NCBI GenBank assembly: GCA_964016885.1
Contig: OZ024741.1
Location: 205,468,001-205,532,000 of the forward strand
Origin: Eledone cirrhosa
Taxonomy: Eukaryota
DNA length: 64,000 nucleotides
Direction: 5' to 3'
Every line of letters starts with the position of its first letter. Position 1 is the first letter of the stretch. Shown here piece by piece: positions 1 through 13,226 of this stretch. The translations under genes and the position numbers were made by a program. The notes below the pieces were generated by a model that saw only the letters and a list, made by a program, of their open reading frames with translations, made no database searches and was not told where the DNA came from.

Positions 1-178
1 CAAACTTTGGTCTCAATCATTCAGCTACCTGAAACATCAACAAACTCTGTAACTCTGGTAATTTATATAATGTTCTCTTTTGACTTCCATGAAGTAAACC
101 TATCTACAAACAAATTAAATCAACCTTTCATGTTATGTCTAAAACAGTAATAAAAAATATACATATAATAACCATTCA
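1..178 (+). repeat. 5' LTR (3' part only)
   Basis: Near-identical to 5006-5179; AATAAA near the end; ends ...CCATTCA just before the PBS. Confidence 0.9.
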
Positions 179-185
179 TCTAAAG

Positions 186-197
186 TTGTGACCCCGA
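186..197 (+). promoter_or_regulatory. Primer-binding site, tRNA-Trp-like (degenerate)
   Basis: TTGTGACCCCGA follows the LTR and resembles TGGTGACCCCGA, the complement of the tRNA-Trp 3' end. Confidence 0.6.
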
Positions 198-748
198 AAA
201 AAATAATAGGAAGTGGTATTATATGTATATAAAAAAAAAAAAAAAAATTAATACAAAACGACACGTTTTTATTTTCTGATATGGCTGCATTTATTAATAT
301 CAACAACTTTCTCTGTAATATTTAACTATCAAACTTCTCATCTGTGCAAAACGAACCTTCCAATTATTTACACAACAAAAAAAAAAAAAATAATAATAAT
401 GCTGCTAGCTTCCTAGCAAAAAAGAACAATTGCATAAATTTATTTTCTTTCTTTCCTTTTCTTTGCTAAATTTTTGAGGATGTCAAGATGGCGGCTTCCT
501 TCTTCATGAAAAGTTTTTTTGGCGCGAAACTGTCCGCCATATTGGTTTTCGTTTTAGGTTCGACGCAAATGTATTATGAATGCTATTGCTCGGTTAGTCG
601 CTCCTTTACATATTATCTCGGATGCATTCTTTTTCCTGTCCGGTTGTTTGACAGAGAAAAACAAGTGGAATTATTTTCTTTTTTTCCTTGGGTCCGAAAT
701 ATTTTTTTATATGGAGACACATTTTGGCCACTTAGTGAGATTGTACCA

Positions 749-1469
749 ATGGCATCTCATTCTGTTCTCCCTACTTACGCGGGCGACGTAAGGTTATGGT
801 TCGCTCAAATGGAAGCATTTTTCGAGGCCAACAAAATTGATGAGGCACAGCAACGTCCACTCGTCCTTAGTGCAATTCCGCCGGCACTTATCCCAGCGAT
901 TAAGGATCTCGTATTGGAGACACCTTCTGACACAACTTACAGGTTATTGAAGGCCGAAATACTCAGCCGGACTGCACAGTCCGCCGAGAAACGATTTAGA
1001 GCTCTGGTCAATTTGGAACATATCGGTGATGGCGCTCCATCGAACCTCTTACGGCGATTTTGAAGCAGTTGTTTTTCTCGCGTCTACCGACCAACGTCCA
1101 GGCAATTTTGGCTCCCATTCGGGATACATGCTCAGTCAACCAACTTGCCGCTTCAGCGGATAAGGTTTTTGAGGCAGCGAGGCCCTTTCCGCTGTTTCTC
1201 ACCCAGCTCAGGGCACACCTGGCCATGCCACCTGCGCGGCTACTCATATTGACAGCGCAGCTATAATGGCTATGCAGAAAGCCATTCTCGAACTCACCCT
1301 GGAGCTACAGAAGCTGAAGGCTTCTAGCGGTGCTCGTTTGCGCTCACGCAGCCGCGGTAGATCTTACTCTTTTAGACACCAGCTTAGTCATCAGCTTCAT
1401 CTTTATGCTGGTACCATGAGCGTTTTGCCGAGAACGCGAACCATTGTGTGCAACATTGTTCGTTTCTGA
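749..1469 (+). pseudogene. gag: Gypsy gag, frameshifted
   Basis: LPTYAGDVRLWFAQMEAFF...LKAEIL and LFFSRLPTNVQAIL...LAASADK motifs split over ORFs 488-1063, 1060-1266 and 1266-1469. Confidence 0.8.
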
Positions 1470-1529
1470 AGTCGGGAAACGCCAGAGAGGTTCTCTGACG
1501 GCGGCAGCTAACCACAGAAAAGCCACCAA

Positions 1530-4500
1530 ACCGCCATTTCTTCATCAAGGACCTTATGTCTGGGAGAGGCTTCTTTGTGGATACAGGAGTCTCCAGTAGT
1601 ATTTGACCGGTCCATTGCCTAAAAGATACCCCTGTCGAATCATCAATTACTCTGCTGGCAGTTAACGACTCGCCTATAAAGACGTACGGACAAATCTCGC
1701 TTCCTCTCAAATTCCTAAAACTTCGTAGGGATTTTAAATGGATTTTTACGGTCACTGACTTGCCATACCCTATCTTAGGAGCGGATTTCCTCCACAATAT
1801 CTCTTTGACTGTGGACGTCCGTGGCCAACGTCTGGTGGATGACATCACCGGTTTTTCAATTCGTGGCCGAAAAGCCAATGTTCCAACGGTCAGCCCAATA
1901 TTCTTCATCGCTGCCGTTGGAGACGCCTACCATTCGTTATTAGGTTATTTCCCGGAGCTCACCGATGGATATTTTCGAGTTACTGAGCCAACTCACTCAA
2001 CCGAACACTTTATTTCCAGTATTTTCACGTCCACGCCATTTACCGGCGGACAAATTAAAGGCAGCACGGTCCGAGTTCGACCATATGCTGCAGCTGGGCA
2101 TTATTCACTCATCTACGAGTCCTTGGGCTTCACCGTTACATATGGTGCCCAAGACTTCTGGCGACTGGAGAGCCACTGGGGATTATAGGAGGTTAAACGC
2201 TATGACCGTCCCGGATATATATCCGATTTCCCATCTCCAGGATTTTGCATCTTCGTTGCAGGGTTGTAAGATTTTCTCCAAACTTGATTTAGTGCGAGCT
2301 TACCACCAAATTCCGGTCAGCAAGGAAGACATTCCGAAAACAGCTATTACGACTACTTTCGGATCCTTCCAATTTTTGACCATGCCTTTCGGACTCAGGA
2401 ATGCCGCTAGCACTTTTCAGCGGTTCATAGACGAGGTCACTTGTGGTCTGGACTTCGTTTATGCATATATAGATAATCTTCTCATCGCTAGTTACTCTCC
2501 AGAAGAGCATATGCGTCACCTGAACCTTTTATTTCGCCGACTCCAGGATTACCGCGTTCGAGTGAATCCCGCAAAGTGTGTTTTCGGATCCGCTTCTCTG
2601 AATCTTTTTGGCCACCTCATCGACGCCGAGTGTATACGCCCCCTTCCTCAGCGAGTTACAGCTATACAGGATCTACCTCCGCCTACTACACTTCACCATT
2701 TACGCCACTTAAGCCTAATCAATTTTTATAGACGTTTCGCTCCTCAATGTGCAAAATTACTGTCTTCCCTAACCAAGATTTTGAAAAATCGTCGTAAGAA
2801 GAATGAGGATATTTCCTTGACACAAGAACAACTCAAAGATTTCCAGACTGCCAAGACAGCACTTGCTAATTCGTCTTTGCTAGCCCACCCAGTACCAGAG
2901 GCCAAGCTTTCACTTTGTGTTGATGCATCTGATACTACTGTGGGAGCAGTTTTAAAACAGTATAACGCTGGAAACCAACAACCTTTGGCATTTTTCTCCA
3001 GGAAGCTGAAACCAGCAGAAACGCGTTACAGCACGTTTGGTCGGGAGTTATTAGCCATATATTTGTCGTTGAAACATTTTTCTCATATTCTTGGAAGAAA
3101 TTTTACGGTTTTCACTGACCACAAACCTCTGACCTTCGTTTTGAGGGCTAAAGCCGACAAATATTCACCCAGAGAGACAAGGCACCTTGATTACATTTCG
3201 CAGTTTACAGCACATTGCTGACTCACTTAACACAGCTGCAGACGCTTTGTCACGTTTGCCAATCAGCTCGATTTCGTCATCTCAAGAGATCGATTTAAGT
3301 CGTTTAGCAGCAGACCAACCTGCACTCGAATCGTTGGGCACTTCATCACCCGAGTTTGCGACTTGCAACTTGAAATATCTGCCCTTGTCGACCACCGACA
3401 GGAAGATCCTCTGCGACGTATCGACGGATTCACCACGACCTTATGTTCCCAAGACTCACCGTCGAATTGTGTTCCTTGCTTTGCACAGCATTTCTCACCC
3501 GGGAATTTCAGCCACAGTAAAACTCATAACGACTAGATTTTTCTGGCCAAATATGAGGCGAGAAATTACTGCCTGGTGCCGTTCCTGCATACAGTGTCAA
3601 CAATCTGAAGTCCACAGACACATCCGGACTCCACTTGGTACTTTCAGTACTCCAGATGCTCGTTTTCAACACATCCACATTGATATCGTTGGACCTTGGC
3701 CATTCAGTAGTGGATATTCTTACCTTTTGACCTGCATTGATCGTTTTTCGCGATGGCCTGAAGCGATACCCTTGACAGACATTACCGCTGAGTTTATAGC
3801 GCGTGCCCTGGTATCAGGGTGGATTGCCCGCTATGGTGTGCCTACCACAATTACCGTGGTAGACAATTTGAATCTCACCTCTTCTCAGAGCTGACAAAAA
3901 TCATTGGTGCTCAACGAATCCGGACCACAGCATATCATCCTGCTTCAAACGGAATGGTGGAATGTTTTCACCGCCAATTAAAGGCCGCTCTTCGTGCCTA
4001 CTCAGACTCTTTACGTTGGAGCGAGTAACTTCCTATTGTGTTGTTAGAAATTCGGTCACCAATAAAGCAGGATCTTGGGTTCTCCCTGGCCGAATTATTG
4101 TATGGTGCTCCTCTAGCGTTGCCTGGGAAAATGATGGCCCCTGTTGATCTTGCTTTTCAGGATCCTCTTTCCTATGTATCTCGTTTACGCTCCTATTTTC
4201 AGGACCTCCCACCTATGGATACTAGGAAACAAACTATTAAAACTGCAGTCCCGAGGGATATTGCCTCGTGGACGCATGTCTTCGTCAGAAACGACGCCGT
4301 TACTCCACCCCTCACACAGCCGTACTCTGGACCCTACCGTGTGTTAGCACGTACTGACAAACATTTCACAGTAGACATTAAGGGATTCAGAGAGACAATT
4401 TCGGTGGATAGAGTAAAAATGGCATACACTGACGCCCACACACCTGAGCCACAAATACCCCAATCTTTTTCTATTGTGCATACACCTGCTCCTTCTTCCC

Positions 4501-4610
4501 CACCTTCACCTGCTCCTTCTTCCCCACCTTCACCTACATACAAGACCACGACCCGTTCCGGTCGAAGAGTCCACTGGCCCAAAAAACTCTGTCAGACATT
4601 TTTTATATGA
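1530..4610 (+). pseudogene. pol: Gypsy pol (protease, RT, RNase H, integrase), disrupted
   Basis: FFVDTG and ILGADFL (protease). [30 protein letters not shown] (catalytic YIDD mutated). DASD, ELLAI, TDHKPL (RNase H). HPG...[31 protein letters not shown] (integrase). Several frameshifts and stops. Confidence 0.95.
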
Positions 4611-4761
4611 ACTGGCCACTGGAACCTTTTTGTTTTCTTTTTTATTGAACTATGTATGCATGTACTTTTTGATTTTTTTTTAGTTACTGTTTCATGCCTT
4701 TGCTTGGAACCCACCCTTGGAGGCTCGCTGCAATTACCTTCGGGCTTTTCGCCTATCGTCT

Positions 4762-5179
4762 GGAGGAGGGTTTTGTAGTGACCCCTAGTGTCACCTACAA
4801 GAAGTGATCGGAGTTACGTCCACTTTGGGACTATATATTGAGACCCCCAGAACATTCTCTCTCTCTTTCGCTCCTTCACTCTGATTAGCGATGTAGCAGC
4901 CCTGGAGAACGGAGCTGATTTCTCCCACGACAAGTGTGGAGACCAATATCTAACTACCCCAGTGAACATGTAAGAGCCTTCTCTCTCCAAGCACAAACTC
5001 CAGCACAAACTTTGGTCTCAATCATTCAGCTACCTGAAACATCAACAAACTCTGTAACTCCGGTAATTTATATAATGTTCTCTTTTGACTTCCATGAAGT
5101 AAACCTATCTACAAACAAATTAAATCAACCTTTCATGTTATGTCTAAAACAGTAATAAAATATATATATAGTACCATAC
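4762..5179 (+). repeat. Polypurine tract plus 3' LTR (TG start at 4774)
   Basis: GGAGGAGGG then TGTAGTG...; the 3' half duplicates window positions 1-175. Confidence 0.9.
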
Positions 5180-5405
5180 TTCTAAAATGTCTACGAAAGA
5201 AAATGACTGCAATTGATTTAACTGTAAAACGAAGTTATGTTGGACAATCATTTCTAATGAATTTCCTTATGTACTGCAATTGCTCGAGATTATCATATTT
5301 CTGTGATACTTGAAACGAAAGAACGCCTTGGTCGGTAATCTATTCATAATATATTAATGGACAAATTGTAAGCTCTGTTAAGATCGACAGAGATTTGCAG
5401 GTATT

Positions 5406-5995
5406 CAGTAGTCCCCCGTTTATCGCGGCGGATAAGTTCCAGAACCAACCGCTATATATGAAAATCCGCGATATAGAGAGACCATAAAAACAACCGTTGT
5501 TTTCATAGTTTAAACCTTAAAATACCTCTCCTACAGATTTTAAGTACATATAAATTCATTAAAACACACTTTTGTATTTAAACACCAAAAACAGCCAGTA
5601 ACGATCATATAGAAACTACCACCAACCATCGTACCACTAGTTACCAATGATGACCATTACCAGCCACATTAGCCGCTTGGTAATACACTGCACATCTCCC
5701 GTCAATCTATGAAGGGCTTATAGTAGAGAAAAACACAATCAGTAAAACAGTAATGGAATAAAAAATAGAAACATTTTTATAGTTAAAGCCTTACGCTATA
5801 CACTTCAATCAAACCGAAACTTATCAGTTTAAACTTTAAACACTTTTTATTCAGACATACGTACCGCGATAAGAAAATAGATATGTTTTAACGAAAAATA
5901 CGCGATGTAACGAGGATTGCTGCGATAAGAAATTAGATACGTTGCAAAGAAAAATCCACAATGTGACCGCGAAAAGTGAACCGCGATATAGATAT
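5406..5995. mobile_element. Non-autonomous Tc1/mariner (pogo/Tigger-like) element
   Basis: Starts CAGTAGTCCCCCGTTTATCGCGG, a Tigger-type terminus; CCGCGA repeats near both ends; right end degraded. Confidence 0.55.
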
Positions 5996-6578
5996 TTGAC
6001 ATATAACTAATATTGCAGAAGATTCCCTTCCGTAGCTGTCGAATGAATATAACATTTTCTCCATCTTCCGACAGTGTCGCGCCCTCCAAAGGTATTGTAT
6101 GTATGTATGGAGCCGTAACTCCTCATAGCGTCAGGGGGGGGGGGGGGGGCACTGTCGTGACATACAGCGTATCTTGGGTATTTTAACCCTGGTAAAGCAC
6201 ATCCTCTTTCAAGGTCTGAACATAGCCGATTTCTTCCAGAGAGGTGGGAGAGAGAGTGAAGGGATATGAGACAGAGAGAGGGGGGAAAGAGAGAGAGGGG
6301 AAATGAGAAAGAGACATAAAAGAGTCGACCCCAGTACTGGCCTAGTACTTTTTATCGACCATGAAAGGATGAAAGGTACGAGCGGGAATTGAATCCAGAG
6401 AAGTACCCTCCCCCACCCCCAAACACGTTTATCCTTCGTTTTATGTAGATGAGATATTAACACACACCGTGTCAAATTCCGGCAGATATGTGAAAAGAAA
6501 TTATTTGGTGCCCATGCATATTGCCTTATTTTTGTTTCCTTTCACAAATAAAGGATTCAGAATTTGTGTATACAGATC

Positions 6579-7460
6579 AATAATTGTTTCTACTTTTGGC
6601 ACAAAGCCAGCAATTATCCCAGTTCATTACTGGTACTTTATTTTATCGACCCCGTAAGGATGAAAAGGAAAGTTAACCTCGGCGGGATTTGAACTCAGAA
6701 CATAAAAGGCCATAGCTCTATGCTGCAAAGCATGGTGTCTGACGCTCTAGGTGGTAGATAGAATGCTTTGATATTTGTTCCGGCTCTCTAAGTTCAAATC
6801 CTGCCGAGGTCAACTTTGCCTTTCAACCTTTCTAGGTCGATAAAAAAAGTACCAGTCTAGTACTGGGTCGATTCTTCCTCTATATATCTTCCTTATTTCC
6901 TCTCTCTCTCACTTTCTATCTCTGTAAGAAATCTGGTGTAGTCAGGCCTGGAGAGGGATGGGCTCCACCAGGCTTAAAATGCCCTAGAAACGCCGTATGT
7001 TAATACGGCGCCCCCACGACTCTATCAGGAGTCACGGGACCATACATACATTGTACAGTTAGTTAAATTTCTTGTCTTATTGCATTTATTTTCTATTCTA
7101 TTTATTTTATTATTGTTGAAGTTTCTTAGGGAGGTGTAATGACAGAATCGGTAGAGCGTCAAACATGTTTTGCTGCATATAGTTGCGGCCCTTTACGTTC
7201 TGAGTTCAAAGCCCACCGAGGTTAGCTTTGCCTGTCATCATTACGGAGTCGATGAAATAATGCACCAGTAACACATTGGGGTAGATTTAATCGACTTTCC
7301 CCTTTGCTTCAAATTGTTGGTCATTGCTAAATGTCGAAACAAATTTTGTCGTTAGGGTGTTGGATATTTGTTCCGGATCTATGAATTCTGAGTTCAGATC
7401 CCACCGAGATCCACTTTGCCTTTCATTTTTTTCAGGGTTGATAAAAAACCCAAACAAACA
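6579..7460. mobile_element. Cluster of tRNA-derived SINE copies (family A), both orientations
   Basis: Repeated B-box GAGTTCAAATCC plus core GCCTTTCATCCTTACGGGGTCGATAAAATAAAGTACCAG. Confidence 0.8.
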
Positions 7461-7929
7461 AGTACCAGCTCTTTCTCTCCTTCCAGATGTCACATCTGGA
7501 TGAAGGGAGGGTCGAGTGAGTGTTGGTGGTTGCTCGCGACTGGACTGCATGCCCAACTCACTTCCTTAGCGAAAGCATGCTACATTCAACTAAGCCATTC
7601 ATGATTACGAGTGACGCCTGTTGTTTTATAAAAGTAGTTGACTGGTGTATTTAATGATAAGGAGCAAAGTAACTAAAGGGGTGGGTGGTAGTGTTTATAC
7701 TAAGCTTAATAATTGATATAATAATAAGCGTTTTAAAACTAATTTTGTATAATCAAAAGTTAATTTAATAAAAATGTTTAAAATGACATGTATCAATGTA
7801 TGTGTGTCTGTATCGTACAGGCACTTAGAAAATGCTATTCGTTGTTTACTCTCGGGTTTCGAATAATCGACCCCCGCCCGTTTATTAATTTTATCGTTAA
7901 CATTCAGATTTAAACGTGTATCTAAAGTC

Positions 7930-8165
7930 TAAAGTCTGTCTTAAGCCAGAAGGCTCATTTGGCCGGTGCCTATCTCGGTTTCATGGTGTGAAGCGACTGA
8001 GAGTACAAGACTCCCGTCGCAGGATTAAACCCCCAGCTATTGCTGGTACTCATACTGAACATACTGGAGCAACGTGAAATGAAGTGTTTTGTTCAAGAAC
8101 ACAACACGCAACCCAGGAATCAAACCCACGGCATTATGACCGTAAGTCCAACACCCTTACCATTA
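7930..8165 (-). mobile_element. CORE-type tRNA SINE (family B)
   Basis: Minus strand has a tRNA-like head with GGTTTGATTCC B-box and TGTTCTTGAACAAAACACTT core. Related copies at 13345-13490, 31020-31140 and 60628-60740. Confidence 0.65.
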
Positions 8166-8328
8166 AACGTGTATAAATACATATTACGGCCAACGCTACT
8201 GCGATATTATTCAACAGAATTTTACATAATTATCCATGGTAACTATTTTGTCTTCGTGGAAACATATCTTCGCTATTTTCCGAGGTAACGCTTTCTCTAT
8301 CTATCGTCTGGGGCCATAACGCATCATA

Positions 8329-8515
8329 TCAGACCTGTCAACTCTCCCCGCCAGACAGGGAGATCTCCCACCCACTTTGGGGGCGGGTGAGAGATGTCTT
8401 CTCTTGTGAAAATGGATATAGCTTTTGGATATGTAAAATCTTCCTATTTTGCCTCATTTCTCCCTGTTTTGGGGCACTTTCTCCCCGCTTGGGTTTTTAG
8501 AGGTTGGCAAGTCTG
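8329..8515. mobile_element. MITE with CAGACCTG(T/C)CAAC TIRs (hAT-like)
   Basis: CAGACCTGTCAAC...GTTGGCAAGTCTG; further copies at 9349-9530, 11107-11452 and 13227-13335. Confidence 0.7.
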
Positions 8516-9348
8516 TCATATGCGCATAACTTCTCGCATATCAGCATGTGTTGGTAGACGTGTTAGTGACATGAACCCTTTTACTACCTTAATTCTAATG
8601 AACTGCCTACGAATTTCAAATAATTTCGAAAATAATCAAGAATCTGTAAGTGTTTAGTAATTTAATTAACTTTCTCATTATCAAACTGGTGTTAGGGCAT
8701 AAATAAATGAAGGTCCTTCTATAAAATTATGAAAGAAGTACTTTAAAGCAAACAGTTTTGTATCATAAATCCAGGGGGCTTTCTTGTGGTTTGGTATCAA
8801 AAAGGTTCTAGATAAGAAAGAGTGAAAGGAGATATAACTGAACCTTGCAGTACACCAAAGTGGTTAGAATCCATGGTGAAGAAAATTGTAACAACAACAG
8901 TGACTTACCGTAAGATATAGCAACAGTGCTGGGGACGGAATATAAGGTAAATGTGCTTTCTTCACAAAAGTAGAGTAATATTCAATTATCGACTCCACTT
9001 AGATTGAAAAGTGTTTGAAAACCATCACTATCATCATCAGTAAAGTGGTGGTGTTTGGTAGCAGACGCATCAACCTTACCTTCATTCACACAAACAACGT
9101 ATACATTTTACAAATGCTAAACTTCTTTGTATCCTGCTCGTGAAAGTTTACGTACAAATGGCTGAACATTTACCAGATACGTATACCCTTAACGTGGTTC
9201 TCGAGGAAATCCTGCATGACACAAGTGACAAGGCTAACGCTTTGAATTACTGGTACAACTCATTTTTGTCAGCCAAACACCCTAAGCACTAGACCACTCA
9301 CTGTCACACAAATTGACACTGTCAAATATGAATTCCTAGACATATTTT

Positions 9349-9530
9349 CAGACCTGTCAACTCTCCCTGTCCGACAGGAATATCTCCCACCCACTTTGGG
9401 GTGGGTGAGAGATGTCTTCTCTTGTGAAAATGAGTATTGCTTTCATTATGTTTGCCTCATTTCTCCCCCGTTTTGAGGCACTTTTCTTCATGGTACTCCC
9501 CGTTTGAGTTTTTAGAGGTTGGCAGGTCTG
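9349..9530. mobile_element. MITE copy, same family as 8329
   Basis: CAGACCTGTCAAC...GTTGGCAGGTCTG. Confidence 0.7.
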
Positions 9531-9734
9531 CTAGAAAGGGTGAGATATAAGAATTGTTTTCTTCGCATGAGATTTATTGGGTAAATTACGCGTAAGGAAA
9601 AATCCTTTAATATTAAGACATTGAAGAATATTGGATTGGCAGAATTTGCATAGCATCGAATAAAAAGCCATTCCGCTATATGTTCTGACTTTTTACATTT
9701 TGAGTTCATAACATTTAATTTTAAGGTACTGAAT

Positions 9735-10390
9735 GGTGGCGGTTAACAGAAATGGTAGAGCGTTGGATAAAATCCTATTGTGATATTTATTCTGGTATTT
9801 TACATTCTGAGTTCAAATCACACTAAGGTTAACTTTTCCTTTCATCGGCCCGGGGTCCATAAAATAAAGGACAAGTCAAGTACTGGGGTTGATTTAATCG
9901 ACTTTGCCATTCCCACCATATTTGCTGGCCTTGAGCCTAAAGTAAAAATCTACATTAAGACATTGAAGAGAAGTAGAGTAGCGACGAAAATGTCTTGCGG
10001 TGATGTAGTGTCATAAACGTCTCATGGTAAAGTAGGGATCTAAATGCTTTCTGTTCTAGGTTCAAATCCCGTCAATAAAATATGTACAAGACAAATACTG
10101 GACCATCAATTCAATTGATTACATACATACCTAAATTCTCTGGCTTTGTGTCAATGGGAAAAATCAATACTAAAATAATTGTTTCTACTTTAGGCACAAG
10201 GCCAGCAATTTGAAGGGGATGGGAAAGTCGATTAAATCGACTCCAGTGCATTACTGGTTCTTTATTTTATCGACCCCATAAGGATGAAAGGCGAAAGCTA
10301 ACATCGACAGGGTTTGAATTTAGATCGTAAAGGGCCGTAACCCTATGCCCTACAGCATGTTGTCCGACGCTTTACCGATACTGCTACCCT
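9735..10390. mobile_element. SINE family A copies (+ at 9735-9950, - at 10176-10390)
   Basis: Same head, core and tail as other family A copies. Confidence 0.75.
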
Positions 10391-11106
10391 CAATCAATAT
10401 TAAAATAATGCACCCAATTCTTTTATTCTTTTACTGGCTTCCACCATTAGACAGATACCATGCTAGGACACTATCTTGATTTAAGCGATCATACTGGCCC
10501 CAGTACTTATGTATGTATGTATGTGTGTGTGTGTGTGTGTGTAAGCCATTGGTAACATGTAATCCAGTACAATCAGTCAAAAGGTCGGATGTGCCAGCCA
10601 TAAAATCAACAATTATCTGGAGCCTACAACCTGCGCTCCCTTCTCTCAGTTATATGCCCCGTTCCCTTAAAATAAAATAATTTCAAGTTATAGTTTAACA
10701 AGCTGAGAGATCTATTTTTAAGCACTTCTTGCTCTACACACACCCACTCCAAATCATATTACTTATATAACACTATACATCATTCTCGTCATTCTCCCCA
10801 ACTTTGGACATTTCTGCAATGCGGCAATTACATTTATAGATTTATTTATTGGTCAGAAAATCTTATTTAAAATTATATTTTATTTAATTATACAAATTTG
10901 TATAAAACTGATTGTTTAAAGTTCAGTAATTCGCCCCTCAGACGTCTGCACCCGATGCAGCTGCTTGGCTGGCCATAACTGTAGTGCCGGCATGACCAGT
11001 GGCTAAACAACAACATTGCTTCAGATCAGCCAACATGTGAGTCTCTCTGCGTTCGCTCGCCTTCTAGAAATAGCAGCCAAATTTCTCGCATTTCACACCG
11101 TACCGA

Positions 11107-11452
11107 GGACCTGCCAACCTCTAAAAACCCAAACAGGGAGTAGTATGAAAAAAGTGCCTCAAAACGGGGAGAAATGAGACAAAATGGGGAGAATTAAGGT
11201 AGTAAAAGGGTTCATGTCACTAACACGTCTACCAACACACGCTGATATGCGAGAAGTTATGCGCATATGACAGACCTGCCAACCTCTAAAAACCCAAGCA
11301 GGGAGAAAGTGCGCCAAAACGGGGAGAAATGAGGTAAAATGGGGAGATTTTACATAATGAAAGCTATACTCATTTTCACAAGAGAAGACATCTTTCTACC
11401 ACCCCAAAGTGGGAGGGAGATCTCCCCATCGGACGGGGAGAGTTGACAGATC
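11107..11452 (-). mobile_element. Composite MITE, largely an inverted copy of 8329-8592
   Basis: 11195-11452 is the reverse complement of 8329-8592; an extra TIR end lies at 11107. Confidence 0.7.
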
Positions 11453-11575
11453 TGCTACCGTCTTAAAAATTTGCGGAAAAATTTGGATAATGCAGTTGAA
11501 GATATACAGAAGAGCCGAGTTGCTGAAAGCTGTTGTCTTTATTCACGTCTGTTCAATCAGAGTTCACTTGGAGAT

Positions 11576-13226
11576 AAACAATAACAACATCGACAGCAAT
11601 AAACACGACAACGACAGCAACAACGGTAACAACGACAATGACAACAGCATCAACAATCACGATAACAACAACGACAACAACAATGATTTCATTTATTAGC
11701 CACAAGGGCCGACATGTAGGGGACAATACAAAGACAGGGACAGTGGAGGTTTACAATAAGGTCGAGTAAAAGTGCACAATGGCAAGACTAATTTAACAAT
11801 GAAGATATAAAAATATAAAATAAACTATGCATAAATATAACAAAATAAATTCTCCTATAGGGAGTGGTCGACCCAGGGGTGACTCAGGTACCACACCAAT
11901 CCTGAACCCCTCTGCGCTTCTAGGGCGCCCAGGGAGAGCACCCCTCTCCTCAAGTTAGCTAGCCTATAGGCGCATGGTCAGAGTAGGCCCATTCATACGA
12001 GCCATTCTCGCCACAATCATCCACCTTTTAGCAAATGTACTGGGGGGCAGCACTTCTCTCTCCACCCTCACCTTCCTTTCCAGGTGAAACTTGAGGAAGT
12101 TGATGAGGGATTGGCCGAAGAGAAAAGTGTCTGTCTTCAGTCCTTTTAATCTGGTCCACCATACAACCTCTTTCGCAACTGCCACCAGCTAGAAGAAAAT
12201 TGCCTGCTCTTCCTGACCTAAGGAAGGCAGCGGGTCGATCTTCACTATGGACTCGGCCGATAGGCGGATCCGTTCCACACGCGACAGTAGCTGTCCGACA
12301 TAACTCCACAAGTCAGTAATGCACGGAAATTGAACAAGTGCGTGCAGAACGGTTTCGTCGCTCTGTGCAAATCTTGGGCAGGTCCGTCTGACAGCACTTC
12401 TGTGCCTGTAGAGTTTATCCTGAACCGGCAGTGCCCCCCGGTAGCACTGCCAAGCGAGGGGTTTCTGGAAATTGTCCATCGTCCCCGGCTCAAAAGTCCT
12501 CCGGTACAGACTGGTCAGTTCGACTTCGTCGAGGCCCAAAGTTTCTCCGAGTGCATCATCGCACTTGCCCACCTCTAATCCTCTATAGAACTCGAGAGTG
12601 GAAGTTCCACTAATCACATTGCCTGCTTGGTAGAGGGCAGTGAGTGCCGGGCAACATTCCAGATGCCACTCACCCAGTCTCTGTCTCTTCTTGACCCAGG
12701 AATGCAGCTCAGTCAAAGAAACGAGCTGCGGAAAGGCCCGTCTGATAAACGGCGACCACACCTGTTCACCGTTTAGGCAGAATATCTGAAGATGTCGCAG
12801 CCTCAGCGCATGTCTGCGCATCATTAGCCACGGCATGCCCAGCCCTCCGCGTAGAGGGTGCTGGCAGCAGATGGACCGCCTGACCAACGGAACTTGTCCT
12901 TTCCACAAGAATTTGAAGAGGAGCCGTTCCAACTTGACGAGGCGCGGATGGGGGCAAGGCACGACAGCCATGCGGTATTAGATGACGGACGCGATATACG
13001 GATTCACCATCTCCGCGCGACCTTTCAGTGATAGCTTCTTCCCAGCCCATTTTTGGGTGAAACTGGCTACTCTGCTCGTTCTAATTCTTTTCCACTTGGA
13101 GGTCTGGTCCGAATCAAACCCCGAGCAACTTTACCGGTCTGTCCTTCCAGCACCCCACGACGCTGTTGGACGGCATAGGCTTGCCTCTCCAGGTTCCGAG
13201 CTGCAAGCTCATCGACTTTTCCGGGT
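11576..13226 (-). mobile_element. 5'-truncated L1/Tx1-clade LINE (ORF2 C-terminus, 3' UTR, simple-repeat tail)
   Basis: FLWKG...VRRSICCQHPLRGGLGMP, AWQCYRGALPV, CP...ETVLHAL (zf-RVT-like); AATAAA then (GTT)-rich tail at 11576-11690. Confidence 0.85.

Larger units (their letters stand above)
1..5179 (+). mobile_element. Ty3/Gypsy LTR retrotransposon, decayed; 5' LTR starts before the window
   Basis: Bases 1-~175 match 5006-~5178 (two LTRs). Internal order is gag-PR-RT-RNaseH-IN. PBS and PPT are in the expected positions. Confidence 0.95.
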
